The notes: a model not told the origin generated them from the letters alone. Shown: positions 50,991 to 61,049, numbered from the whole stretch's first letter. The stretch: DNA of 62,415 bases, filler included, from Nitrospinota bacterium (GCA_030620925.1; 11 parts of 11 records of this genome joined end to end with filler, not necessarily neighbours in it); one strand, 5' to 3'. Translations and numbers: made by a program.

Positions 50991-51356
50991 CTACATCCAG
51001 CCGTCGTCTTCCCCGGCTATTTCCTTGACTATCTGCTCTCCCCGCTCACAGCTTCCCATCAGAGCAAAAATGGTGCGCGGGGCGCGGTACATCCTTATTA
51101 TCTCCTTCGCACATCCCCGGAACGCCGCCTCATCCCCTGAAGAGAGGGTAACCACCGTCTGGGTGATTTCTTCGATGGTGCTGTTCATAGTTTCCTCTCG
51201 CATTATACCGCCTTCTTCGGAGCGGTTTTTACCCTCCACCTCTTCCAGAGATATCTTGACCCCGTATTTTTCTTCAAGATTTTGTAAAGTGCCTTCTTCT
51301 ATGGGAACGAGCACATCTCCGGGATACCATCTCATCCTGGCTGTTATCTCCGCCAC
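50991..51356 (-). CDS. Hypothetical acidic protein (121 aa)
   Basis: Strong RBS (AAAGGAGGGAGA) before a GTG start and protein-like composition; no recognised motif. Confidence 0.7.
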   Translation of the reverse strand: MAEITARMRWYPGDVLVPIEEGTLQNLEEKYGVKISLEEVEGKNRSEEGGIMREETMNSTIEEITQTVVTLSSGDEAAFRGCAKEIIRMYRAPRTIFALMGSCERGEQIVKEIAGEDDGWM

Positions 51357-51476
51357 TCTCCCCTCCTTTGCTTATCNNNNNNNNNNNNNNNNNNNNNNNN
51401 NNNNNNNNNNNNNNNNNNNNTTAATTAATTAANNNNNNNNNNNNNNNNNNNNNNNNNNNNNNNNNNNNNNNNNNNN

Positions 51477-53630
51477 ATGGACATGACGGGCATGAGTCCT
51501 GAGATTAAGAAGAGCAGGATACTCGAAGCCTTGAAGCAAATCGTCCTCAAGGGTTCAGAGATGCGCCCCCTGATCATGGCCGTGGAGGACCTCCACTGGA
51601 GCGATCCGACTTCCGAGGATACATTCAAATACCTGCTGGATAACATATCGGGGGCTAACGTCCTCCTAATATTCACCTACCGGCCCGAATACGTGCACAC
51701 CTGGGGCGGGAAGTCCTACCACAATCAACTGAACCTGAACCGGCTCTCCAACCGCGAGAGCCTGACAATGGTGACCCATCTCCTGGGCACGGAAGACTTA
51801 GAGAGCAATCTCGAGGAGCTTGTCCTGGAGAAGACGGAGGGTGTCCCCTTCTTCATCGAGGAGTTAATAAAGTCCCTCAAAGAGCTGAAGATCATAGAGA
51901 GGGTGGACGGCAAGTATTGTCTTACCAAAGACACCGTAGACGTGGCCGTCCCCAGCACCATTCATGACGTCATCATGGCCAGGGTTGACTCACTGCCCGA
52001 TGAGGCAAAGGGTCTCCTACAGACCGGTTCCGTGATAGGTAGGGAGTTCGGCTACGAGCTTATCAAGAGGGTAACCGGCCTGCCGGAGCAGGAGCTGCTA
52101 TCCAACCTGTCGGCCTTAAAGGACACAGAACTCCTCTATGAGCGGGGCATATTCCCGCAATCCAGCTACATCTTCAAGCACGCCCTGACCCAGGACGTGG
52201 TCTATGATTCCATGCTGAGTAAGAGGAAAAAGGAGCTTCATGCTAAGACGGGTGGAGCTATCGAAGAGCTCCATGCTGACAGGCTGGAAGAGTTCTGCGA
52301 GAGACTGGCCCATCACTGCACGGAAGCGGACCTAATAGAGCGGGCCATTCCTTACTGGCAACAGGCCGGCCAGCGAGCCATCCAACGCTCGACCTATGCG
52401 GAAGGCATCAACCACCTCAACAAGGGGCTGGAACTGCTCAAAACTCTGCCGGAATCAACAAAGCGCAACCAGCAAGAACTCATGCTGCAAATCACCTTGG
52501 GCCCCGCACTGAGTGCAGCCAGGGGTTACGCTGCCTCTGAAGCGGAAAGCGCCTACACCCGGGCACGAAAATTGTGTCAACAGGTTGGAGAGACCTCTCA
52601 GCTCTTCCCTGTGCTGCTGGGACTGTGGTTGTTTTATGTAACACGAGGGAAAATTCAAATAGGTCGCGAGCTGGCAGAGCAGCTCCATAGCCTGGCTCAA
52701 CAGCAACAAGACCCAACCCAGCTCCCGGGTGCCCATCGTTCAATGGCGGTTACTTTGTGGGTGCAGGGAGAGTTTATCCCGGCCCTGGAACATGCTGAGC
52801 AGGGGATCGCCATCTACAACTCCCAAAAGCATCTCCCTTATACATTTCGTGAAGTGCAGGACCCTGGTGTTGTATGTCTATGTTTTGCATCTCTATCACT
52901 GTGGCCACTCGGCTACCCGGACCAGGCCCTGGAGAAAATAAATGATGCGATATCCCTGGGCAGGGAGCTTAATCACCCTCACAGCCTGTGTTTTGTCCTT
53001 AATTTTGCAACCATAATCCATCGTATGCGAAGAGAGGGAGAAGCGTCACTAGAAATAGCAGAGGAGCTCATTGCAATATCCACCGAGCAGGGATTTCCGC
53101 AGTGGATTATTTCAGGAAATATACACCGGGGCGCCGCGCTGGCCGCACAGGGAAAGATAGAAGAGGGAATCACTCTTATGCTCCAGGGTATGGACGCCTG
53201 GCGTGGCATGGGGGCAGAGGGGGGACTGTCGATTTTCCTTACTGGACTGGCAGAAGCGTATAGAGAATTAGGAAAAGCCGAATATGGGCTGACACTGATG
53301 GCCGAGGCGCTAAGCTTGGTAGACAAAAATGGCGATCGAAATTTTGAAGCGGAGCTGTATCGCCTCAAGGGGGAACTGTTGCTGGCCCAATCGGAGGGGA
53401 ATCAGGCAGAGGCGGAGGCATGCTTTCATAAAGCCCTGGAGTTTGCCCGGAGCCAGCAGGCTAAATCATTTGAGCTGAGAGCGGCCATGAGCCTGAGCCG
53501 CCTGTGGGATAAGCAGGGCAAGCGAGCAGAAGCCCGCGATCTGCTGGCCCCTGTCTACGACTGGTTCACCGAAGGGTTCGACACCGCCGACCTCAAAGAC
53601 GCCAAAGCGCTCTTAGAAGAGCTGAGGTAA
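51477..53630 (+). CDS. STAND-type ATPase/TPR signalling protein (adenylate/guanylate-cyclase-associated type), 5' truncated
   Basis: EDLHWSD, GVPFFIEEL, YIFKHAL, helical repeats ending WFTEGFDTADL. Confidence 0.82.
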   Translation: MDMTGMSPEIKKSRILEALKQIVLKGSEMRPLIMAVEDLHWSDPTSEDTFKYLLDNISGANVLLIFTYRPEYVHTWGGKSYHNQLNLNRLSNRESLTMVTHLLGTEDLESNLEELVLEKTEGVPFFIEELIKSLKELKIIERVDGKYCLTKDTVDVAVPSTIHDVIMARVDSLPDEAKGLLQTGSVIGREFGYELIKRVTGLPEQELLSNLSALKDTELLYERGIFPQSSYIFKHALTQDVVYDSMLSKRKKELHAKTGGAIEELHADRLEEFCERLAHHCTEADLIERAIPYWQQAGQRAIQRSTYAEGINHLNKGLELLKTLPESTKRNQQELMLQITLGPALSAARGYAASEAESAYTRARKLCQQVGETSQLFPVLLGLWLFYVTRGKIQIGRELAEQLHSLAQQQQDPTQLPGAHRSMAVTLWVQGEFIPALEHAEQGIAIYNSQKHLPYTFREVQDPGVVCLCFASLSLWPLGYPDQALEKINDAISLGRELNHPHSLCFVLNFATIIHRMRREGEASLEIAEELIAISTEQGFPQWIISGNIHRGAALAAQGKIEEGITLMLQGMDAWRGMGAEGGLSIFLTGLAEAYRELGKAEYGLTLMAEALSLVDKNGDRNFEAELYRLKGELLLAQSEGNQAEAEACFHKALEFARSQQAKSFELRAAMSLSRLWDKQGKRAEARDLLAPVYDWFTEGFDTADLKDAKALLEELR

Positions 53631-53675
53631 TGAGTACCTGATATTGAAATCAATCCTACAAGGAGGCACGGCTTT

Positions 53676-54973
53676 ATGGGAGAAATACTTGATCTCGCGG
53701 TAGCGCTCTGGAAGGAGGAGGTAAACACTTATACCTATCATCCCATAGGCCCGCCATTCGGTATAGAGCCGATCGCCGAGGGCACCTGGTTCCACAAAGG
53801 CTTCTCCAATACGATTATCAGGGAAACGGATGACGGCCTGATTATCATAGACCCCAGCGGGGCAAGGGACCAGCAGGCCAAGTTCGACGCTGTCCGCTCA
53901 GTGGTGCAGGATCGGCTGCACACCGCGGTCTACACCCACGGCCACCTCGATCACATTTTCGGCGTGCAGCAGTACGTCGATGAAGCCGTTTCCAGGGGCT
54001 GGCCGCGGCCGCAGGTCATTGCCCACGAGGACGCCCTCCCCCGCTTCAAACGTTATCGGGAAACCGCCGGTTATAACGGAACCATCAACAGCCGCCAGTT
54101 CTGGGGAGGCAAGATTCAATTCGACTTCCCGGTCGATTTTCATCATCCCGATATCACCTTCAGGGATCAGCTTACGGTAAGCGTCGGTGGCGCCAGCGTC
54201 TTTCTCAAACACGCCCGCGGTGAAACCGACGACCATATCTGGGCCTTTTTCCCCGATACCCGCGTGCTCTGTCCGGGAGACCTGATCTTCTGGTGCGTAC
54301 CGAACGCAGGCAACCCGCAAAAGGTCCAGCGCTATTGCAAGGACTGGGCCGTCGCCCTACGGGAGATGGCGGCGTTGGAGCCCGAAATCATGGCACCGGG
54401 GCACGGGTGGCCCGTTATGGGAGCGAGCCGCGTCCGGCAGGTTTTGGATGATACTGCATCTTTACTGGAATCCCTCCATGAACAAACCCTGGACCTCATG
54501 AATAAGGGGGCTTCGCTGGACGAAGTGCTCCACAACGTAAAAGCTCCGCCGGAACTTCTCAAGCGGCCCTACCTTCAGCCCGTTTACGATGATCCGGAGT
54601 TCATCGTGCGCAACATCTGGCGCTTGTACGGTGGCTGGTATGACGGGACACCCTCACACCTGAAACCCGCACCTGAAAAATCGCAGGCCGAGGAGATCGC
54701 CCGGCTGGCGGGCGGCGCGGATAAGCTTGCGGCAAGGGCAAAGGAGCTTACGACCGTGGGCGACCTCCGCCTGGCCTGTCACCTGGCCGATTGGGCGCAT
54801 CTCGCTGCCCCTGAAGACGGCAAGATAAAAGATATCGCAAGTGAGGTTTACGCGGCCCGTGCGAAAGCTGAATCTTCCACCATGGCCATAGGCATCTATC
54901 TGTCGACCGCAATAAAGATGGGCGGGGAGCCGGAAGAAGTTATGCCGAAAGGTAACGTGATACAAACCCAGTC
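53676..54973 (+). CDS. Alkyl/aryl-sulfatase-like metallo-beta-lactamase protein (3' truncated)
   Basis: THGHLDH, GETDDH, PNAGNPQKVQRY, PGHG, YGGWYDG. Confidence 0.85.
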
Positions 54974-55261
54974 NNNNNNNNNNNNNNNNNNNNNNNNNNN
55001 NNNNNNNNNNNNNNNNNTTAATTAATTAANNNNNNNNNNNNNNNNNNNNNNNNNNNNNNNNNNNNNNNNNNNNGAATTTTTTGTGTGCACTTGATGTCGT
55101 ACATTATATTATTGTGTATCAGGTTATTGTAAGATTCTAAATTAAATTATCACATTCCTGCCATTTGTCAAATTTAAAACAGGGCTTCGGTTTGGAAAAT
55201 TTGTGGTGAAGGGTTGTTTCCGGAATAGACGACAGCAGATAAGAAGAAAGGAACGCTGAAA

Positions 55262-56167
55262 CTGAATCTCAATCCCTGTTACGTATCTCTGCATGAAAAG
55301 GGCGGCCTGGTCGGAAGGGGAGAAGCCCTTATGGCCTTTCTGGAGAGCTGCACCCTCTGCCCCAGAAAATGCATGGTGAATCGTCTGGATAAAGAACGGG
55401 GGGTCTGCAGGGCCGGGAGCCAGGTGATGATTTCCTCCGTGTTCCCTCATTTTGGCGAAGAGCCTCCCCTGGTGGGCTATCAGGGCTCGGGGACCATCTT
55501 CCTCACTAACTGCAACCTGCACTGCACTTTCTGCCAGAATTACGACATAAGCTTTGAAGGCCGCGGTACTCCGGTGACTCTCCAACAGCTGGCGGAACAG
55601 ATGATATATCTCCAGGAGAGCGGATGCCATAACATCAATTTCGTCACCCCCACGCATTACGTGCCCCAGATAGTATCGGCGTTGCCCATGGCCGTGGAAC
55701 GCGGGCTGCGCCTCCCTGTAGTATACAACTGCGGCGGGTATGAGTCGCTTGAGGTTATAAAGCTGCTCGAGGATATTGTGGATATCTACATGCCCGACAC
55801 CAAGTTCGCTCAAACTGACCCTGCATCGAAATATTGCAAGACTCCCGACTATCCCCAGGTGGTTAAATCCGCCCTGAGGGAGATGCACCGGCAGGTGGGG
55901 GACCTGGCTGTGGACGATAGAGGCATCGCCGTGAGGGGGCTGCTCATTCGCCATCTCGTTATGCCTGAGGGACTGGCGGGCACCGGCGAGTTGATGAAGT
56001 TCATCCATGATGAAATCTCACCGGACTCGTATGTAAATATCATGGCCCAGTATCGTCCCGCCTACCGGGCCAACGAGTTTCCGGAGATAAACCGCCGCAT
56101 ATCCACTCAGGAATTTAAGGAAGCGGTGGCCCTGGCGCGGGAGATAGGCCTTAAGCGCGGGTTTTAG
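55262..56167 (+). CDS. PflX-like radical SAM protein (start probably at an upstream CTG)
   Basis: CTLCPRKC, HFGEEPPL, CNLHCTFCQN, RHLVMP, MAQYRP. Confidence 0.87.
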   Translation: MNLNPCYVSLHEKGGLVGRGEALMAFLESCTLCPRKCMVNRLDKERGVCRAGSQVMISSVFPHFGEEPPLVGYQGSGTIFLTNCNLHCTFCQNYDISFEGRGTPVTLQQLAEQMIYLQESGCHNINFVTPTHYVPQIVSALPMAVERGLRLPVVYNCGGYESLEVIKLLEDIVDIYMPDTKFAQTDPASKYCKTPDYPQVVKSALREMHRQVGDLAVDDRGIAVRGLLIRHLVMPEGLAGTGELMKFIHDEISPDSYVNIMAQYRPAYRANEFPEINRRISTQEFKEAVALAREIGLKRGF

Positions 56168-56279
56168 GGCCGACCGGCCGGACATCCCTACGCTGGATTT
56201 GGTGGAAGCGGCATTTTGCAGCGATTTTACTTCTTGTATGAACAAACGAGATTCTTCGCCCCCCCACTCCGTGGAATTT

Positions 56280-56694
56280 GTAGAGACAATTCATGAATTG
56301 TCTCTACGAGAACAAGGGCGACCGCCGGTCGCCCCTACGACTCCCATACGTTCCCAACAACGTCTCGTAGGGGCGAACCTCGTGTTCGCCCGTCATTGAT
56401 CGGTGTTTATATTATTCGGGCAAGCTCAGGGGCCTGCCCCTACGCAGCATCATGTCATTCTGAGCGAAGCGAAGAATCTCGCCTACCCTGGCAAGTCCGC
56501 TTTCTTTGGGCTTGCAAAATCTCCCCTCTCCTTAATCCTCTCCCTCCAGAGGAGGAGAAATTTATTGCTGGCAGAATCGCGGCAGGATGCCGCTCCTACA
56601 AGAGCCAGGTAGTCCCGCGTGCCGCGGGACAGGCGCGATTGTAGGGGCGTATTGCATACGCCCCAGTTGGACGGGTTATAAACCCGCCCCTACG
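56280..56694. repeat. Large REP-like cluster between convergent genes
   Basis: GTAGAGACAATTCATGAATTGTCTCTAC, GGGCGACCGCCGGTCGCCCCTAC, GTAGGGGCGAACCTCGTGTTCGCCC, GTCATTCTGAGCGAAGCGAAGAATCT, and the doublet at 56641-56694. Confidence 0.88.
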
Positions 56695-56764
56695 CTTTTT
56701 ACAAAACCCCTTCACTTTTTCCCTTACAGCGATACACCTGGTAAGGGTGTCATGGGTGGAGACG

Positions 56765-57547
56765 CTACTTTATGAGGCGGCGGTGAACCAAGTTGGCGGA
56801 TAAAATGAAAAATAAAGCGCCGATAGCCAGCATCCATACCATATCCAGTATCACGGCAGGACCGGCTGTACCCAGGATCAGGCTCCGGGAGGCTTTGACT
56901 GCGTGGCTGAGGGGGGAGAACCAGGCCAGCGTCTGCACCCACTGGGGGAACCTGGAGAGGGGGAAAAAGACCCCGGAGAGGAAGAACATGGGGGATATGA
57001 GGAGGGTGAAGTAGTAGTTGAAGAACTCGTAGCTGGGCGAGAGGGCCATGGCCGTCATACCCATGGCGGCGAACAGGAAGCACTCCAGGACAACTACCAG
57101 CGGCAGGAAGACCACCATGGGAGAATGCACTAATCCGAAGAGTGAGATTATCATGAGCATCACCATTCCGCTCAGGAGCCCTTTGGTGGTGCCCCACATC
57201 ACCTCACCCCCCACAATGTCTCCCACGCTTAGTGGAGTGGACAGGATGGCTTCGTAGGTTTTGTGTTCGGACATGCGGGTGTAGGCCCCGAAGGTGCATT
57301 CAAAGGTGGCGGCGAACATGGCGGAAGAGACTACCAGGCCGGGGCCTATGAACTGAATATAGGACATCCCGTTTATGCTTTGCAGATAAGCTCCCACGCC
57401 CAGCCCCATTCCTATCAGATACAGGAAAGGTTCGCCCAGATTGCCTATGAGGCTGGCCTTTAAGAACCGTTTGTAGGAATCGCGGTTGCGCTGCCATACT
57501 TTCACCGCGCGCCATGATACGTCTGGAGGATGGATTATCGACCTCAT
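56765..57547 (-). CDS. ABC-2 exporter permease (NodJ-like)
   Basis: VWQRN, PMFFLSGVFFP, PLSHAV; ATGA overlap with the upstream ATPase stop. Confidence 0.87.
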   Translation of the reverse strand: MRSIIHPPDVSWRAVKVWQRNRDSYKRFLKASLIGNLGEPFLYLIGMGLGVGAYLQSINGMSYIQFIGPGLVVSSAMFAATFECTFGAYTRMSEHKTYEAILSTPLSVGDIVGGEVMWGTTKGLLSGMVMLMIISLFGLVHSPMVVFLPLVVVLECFLFAAMGMTAMALSPSYEFFNYYFTLLISPMFFLSGVFFPLSRFPQWVQTLAWFSPLSHAVKASRSLILGTAGPAVILDMVWMLAIGALFFILSANLVHRRLIK

Positions 57548-58470
57548 TCTCTCAGCCCCCTTCCTGTCAGTTTCAAAAAGAGGTCTTCCAGCGTAGCCGG
57601 CCTCTGCAGCAGGTGGTGGTAGCCCTTTTCCCAAAGGGCTTGAATGTATTCCTTGCCGTCGTCACAGAAAAGATAGACCTTATCTCCGGCTGCCTCGTAG
57701 GGTATGCTCCAATCCTCGATCATAGGGAGGAGCTTACCGTCTTCCTCGTTGTCGAGCTGCACTTCCAGCACTTCTTTCCCGACCCGCTCCTTGACCAGGT
57801 GCATGGGGTTCCCTTCCAGCAGGGTTTTACCTTTGTCCATTATCGCCACGCGGTCGCAGAGCTGCGTTGCTTCTTCCATGTAGTGGGTGGTGAGAAGCAT
57901 GGTGACGCCGGTGCGTTTGAGCGCCCGGAGCCTCTGCCAGGTGAGATGGCGGGCCTGGGGGTCGAGGCCGGTGGTGGGCTCGTCGAGAATGATTATGCGG
58001 GGGCTGTTTATCAACGCTCTGGCTATGACCAGTCGGCGTTTCATGCCTGCGGACAGCTCGCGTATGCGGGAGTCTCTCCGCTCATCCAACTGTACGAAGG
58101 CCAGTAATTCCTCGGCGCGTTCCCGGGCCGTCTTTTTTGGTATATTGAAATACCGGGCGTAGACCAGCAGGTTTTCGATAACGGTGAGCATCTCGTCCAG
58201 GTTGTTCTCCTGAGGCACCACCCCTATAAATTCCTTGATGCTCCGGCAGTCTTTTTTGACGTCAAGCCCAAGGACAGAGATTTCCCCGCTGGTCAGCGGA
58301 TAAAAGCAGTGCACCAAGCGCAGCGTGGTGGTTTTTCCCGCCCCGTTAGGACCCAGCAGGCCGTAGCACTCACGCTCTTTAACCGTGAAACTCAGCTCGT
58401 TTACGGCCAACTGCTCACTGAAACGTTTAACTATGTTATCCGCCTTGACGGCGTAATCCAATAATTCCAT
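57544..58470 (-). CDS. ABC exporter ATP-binding protein (NodI-like)
   Basis: GPNGAGKTT, LSAGMKRRL, DEPTTGLDPQARH, TTHYMEEA. Confidence 0.88.
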   Translation of the reverse strand: MELLDYAVKADNIVKRFSEQLAVNELSFTVKERECYGLLGPNGAGKTTTLRLVHCFYPLTSGEISVLGLDVKKDCRSIKEFIGVVPQENNLDEMLTVIENLLVYARYFNIPKKTARERAEELLAFVQLDERRDSRIRELSAGMKRRLVIARALINSPRIIILDEPTTGLDPQARHLTWQRLRALKRTGVTMLLTTHYMEEATQLCDRVAIMDKGKTLLEGNPMHLVKERVGKEVLEVQLDNEEDGKLLPMIEDWSIPYEAAGDKVYLFCDDGKEYIQALWEKGYHHLLQRPATLEDLFLKLTGRGLRE

Positions 58471-58686
58471 ATATCTACTGACAATCCTTCTGTTTTGGAC
58501 CTCTGACGTTTAGCCCACTAAGCGCATAATGCGTTTAAACAAAACCCTTAGATTAAAATGAACGGTAGGGCGAAAAAAATCAAGGGGAAAACTATTCTTA
58601 TCAATTCCATAAGTGGTCTCTCTACGAGGGTTGGTCCGACATAACATGGGATATTTTCCGGTTCACGGCCGTTGCCAAAAAAGATT

Positions 58687-58715
58687 ATGACAAACACTTC
58701 ATTAAGTCTTATAAT
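58687..58715 (+). promoter_or_regulatory. Putative sigma70 promoter for mgtE
   Basis: ATGACA-17 nt-TATAAT. Confidence 0.55.
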
Positions 58716-58780
58716 GAAAATTTTAAATTGATGTATGCCCTCAGAGCCTAATATTTCCCCATTTCCAGGGTAATGCCGTT

Positions 58781-59462
58781 ATGGAAGACCGGCACGTCGA
58801 AATATATATCGATACGCTTCGCAAGCTGAGCCATCGGAAGGCGGTTCATAATATCCGCAAGATAATAGATAAGCTTCATCAGGCGGATATGGCGAACATT
58901 TTGCGCCATCTTGAAGCGGAAGACAAAATTTATATTTTCGACCTCATAGATGACGCCGTACTGAAAGCGCAGATACTGGGCGAAACGGAGGAGATAACCA
59001 CCAGCGAACTCCTGGAGGGGATGGATGCGGAAAAGATCGTGGACATATTGCAACACATGCCCTCCGATGAGCTGACAGATATCGTCGGGATACTGCCCGA
59101 GGAGGTGGCTCAGCAGGTCCTCTCTTACATGCAGGAGATAACCTCATCCGAGGTGGAAGAGCTCCTCAAGTATGACAAAGAGACGGCGGGGGGTATTATG
59201 ACCCCTCGCTTCCTCGCTCTCAGTGAAGACACCTCCGCCGAAGAAGCCATTATAGAGGTCAGAAAAGCCTATGAAGCCGAGACCGTCTTCTATATCTACG
59301 TGGTTGATCAGGAAGGCCATTTTCTGGGCGTACTCTCGCTCAGAGAGCTGATAATAGCGCCTCCCAATGCCCGTCTCTCAAGAATAATGAAGACCGACGT
59401 CTGGAAAGTGCATACGGATATGGACCAGGAACAGGTTGCCCAGCTAGTCTCCAAATACAACA
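58781..59462 (+). CDS. mgtE: Magnesium transporter MgtE, N-terminal part (3' truncated)
   Basis: LHQADMA, MPSDELTD, ETAGGIMT, YIYVVD, CBS domains, DQEQVA. Confidence 0.9.
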
Positions 59463-59562
59463 NNNNNNNNNNNNNNNNNNNNNNNNNNNNNNNNNNNNNN
59501 NNNNNNTTAATTAATTAANNNNNNNNNNNNNNNNNNNNNNNNNNNNNNNNNNNNNNNNNNNN

Positions 59563-59778
59563 GGGCCCTACTTCAAAAAGGGCCTCTACTGTTGACGATT
59601 TCTCAGAAGACCTGATCACCTCCGGCGAGGACCTTCCCCCGAGCACCAGGGTAAGGGCCCCCACAATGATAGACTTTCCGGTTCCTGTTTCGCCCGACAG
59701 CACATTAAGGCCCTCAGAGAAAGAAAGGTTAAGGTTCTCAATGATGGCGAAGTTCCTAATGTGAAGCTCTCGTAGCAT
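59563..59778 (-). CDS. recN: DNA repair protein RecN, N-terminal fragment
   Basis: MLRELHIRNFAII, SGETGTGKS; downstream of nadK. Confidence 0.92.
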
Positions 59779-59812
59779 TGGATCGTTATAGGGGCAAACG
59801 CCTTTTAAGATT

Positions 59813-59873
59813 CCGTTTGGGTTGAACGGTTACGGTTGCGCAGCGCGAATCAGTATTCGTTGATCGGTTACGG
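59813..59873 (-). repeat. Leader repeat, copy A (upstream of recN)
   Basis: 48/62 aligned identity with copy B at 60988-61049 (hand alignment). Confidence 0.8.
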
Positions 59874-59942
59874 CCAAAACCTGATTTTCTTTTTCCCTTA
59901 AGCTTCTCTTCGTGTTCTTCGTGGTTTCATTCAGTTGCTGGA

Positions 59943-60797
59943 TCAGCGCTCCCCCCACCTCAGCTTAGTCCTTAAGAGTTCAAAATATGTCTTGAAGGGG
60001 GACCTGATTAAGTGAATGTGCGTTCCTGCCTTTTTAGCCTCCACCACATCTTCAGCTCTAAGCGGCCTCTCCGCCTGTCCGACCAGGGTGATGTGAACGT
60101 CCTGGTTGACAGACTTGAGAACCACTTTAACGACAACGCTGTCAGGCAACACGAGGGGCCTGTTGGTCAAGGTGTGAGGGCAAATAGGGTTCATGATAAT
60201 AGTGTTGAGAGAAGGATATAAAATAGGGCCTCCCGCCGCGAGAGAATACGCGGTGGAGCCTGTAGGGGTCGAGAGAATGAGCCCGTCTGCCTTAAAGGTC
60301 GTTAGGTACCCCCCGTCTATGTACGTCTCCAGGTCGATGATCCGCGCCAGGGCCCCCTTGTTGATCACAATGTCATTGAGCACGGTGTTTCGCTCTACCG
60401 CTTTCCCTCCCCGGTAAATGGTTGCCTCAAGCATCAATCGCTTGTCGGTTTCAAATTCCCCCGCTACCACTTTCTCCAAAACCTGTAACATCTCCTCCTT
60501 ATAGGTTTCTGTGAGAAAGCCCAGGCTGCCCACATTAATTCCCAGGATAGGTATGGTCTCGATTCCCTTCAGACGGGCCACGCTTAAAAGAGTTCCGTCT
60601 CCCCCCAGGACTATAAGCATTTCTGCCTGTGATGGAATGGCATCTTTCTCCAAATGGTGGGGGTGTCCCAGTTTTTCAGCAACTTCATTGTCAAGCAGGA
60701 CTTTTATTCCCCTCTTCTCAAGCCACGCAATCGCCTTTTTGGCGAGCGCTAACGCTTCGGGCTTGTTTCTCTTCACGATAATGCCGCATGCTCTCAT
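59943..60797 (-). CDS. nadK: NAD kinase
   Basis: [33 protein letters not shown]. Confidence 0.95.
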   Translation of the reverse strand: MRACGIIVKRNKPEALALAKKAIAWLEKRGIKVLLDNEVAEKLGHPHHLEKDAIPSQAEMLIVLGGDGTLLSVARLKGIETIPILGINVGSLGFLTETYKEEMLQVLEKVVAGEFETDKRLMLEATIYRGGKAVERNTVLNDIVINKGALARIIDLETYIDGGYLTTFKADGLILSTPTGSTAYSLAAGGPILYPSLNTIIMNPICPHTLTNRPLVLPDSVVVKVVLKSVNQDVHITLVGQAERPLRAEDVVEAKKAGTHIHLIRSPFKTYFELLRTKLRWGER

Positions 60798-60987
60798 GGT
60801 CCCTTCCCTATCGTTTTCTATCAGCTTGCTTTTTTCTCTCTAAGCAGTTTACCAGGATTTTCTATCATGAATCTATCGCGATGTCTACGCAAAAAAATCG
60901 ATTGAAAGCACGCCGTGGGTGTGTTAATTTATTATTTGCATAATCATCTCGTCCAGAAAAAAGGGGGGGGGTGGCTTTTGTCTTTAC

Positions 60988-61049
60988 CCGTAGCCGATCA
61001 ACGAGCGCCGATTCGAGCCACGCAACCTTAAGCCGCCCAACCCAACCGT
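60988..61049 (+). repeat. Leader repeat, copy B (upstream of rarA)
   Basis: CCGTAGCCGATCAACGAGCGCCGATTCGAGCCACGCAACCTTAAGCCGCCCAACCCAACCGT matches the reverse complement of 59813-59873. Confidence 0.8.

Noticed and set aside
27446-54973. One large catabolic gene cluster made of the CoA ligases, thiolases, hydratase, Mo enzyme and sulfatase
   Set aside because: The genes lie on different contigs joined artificially; they indicate lifestyle, not physical clustering.
56280-56694. Possible CRISPR array
   Set aside because: Repeats are heterogeneous, inverted and irregularly spaced, with no constant repeat-spacer period and no cas genes.
56765-58470. Nodulation genes
   Set aside because: NodI/NodJ-like ABC-2 exporters are widespread, and no nodABC genes are present.
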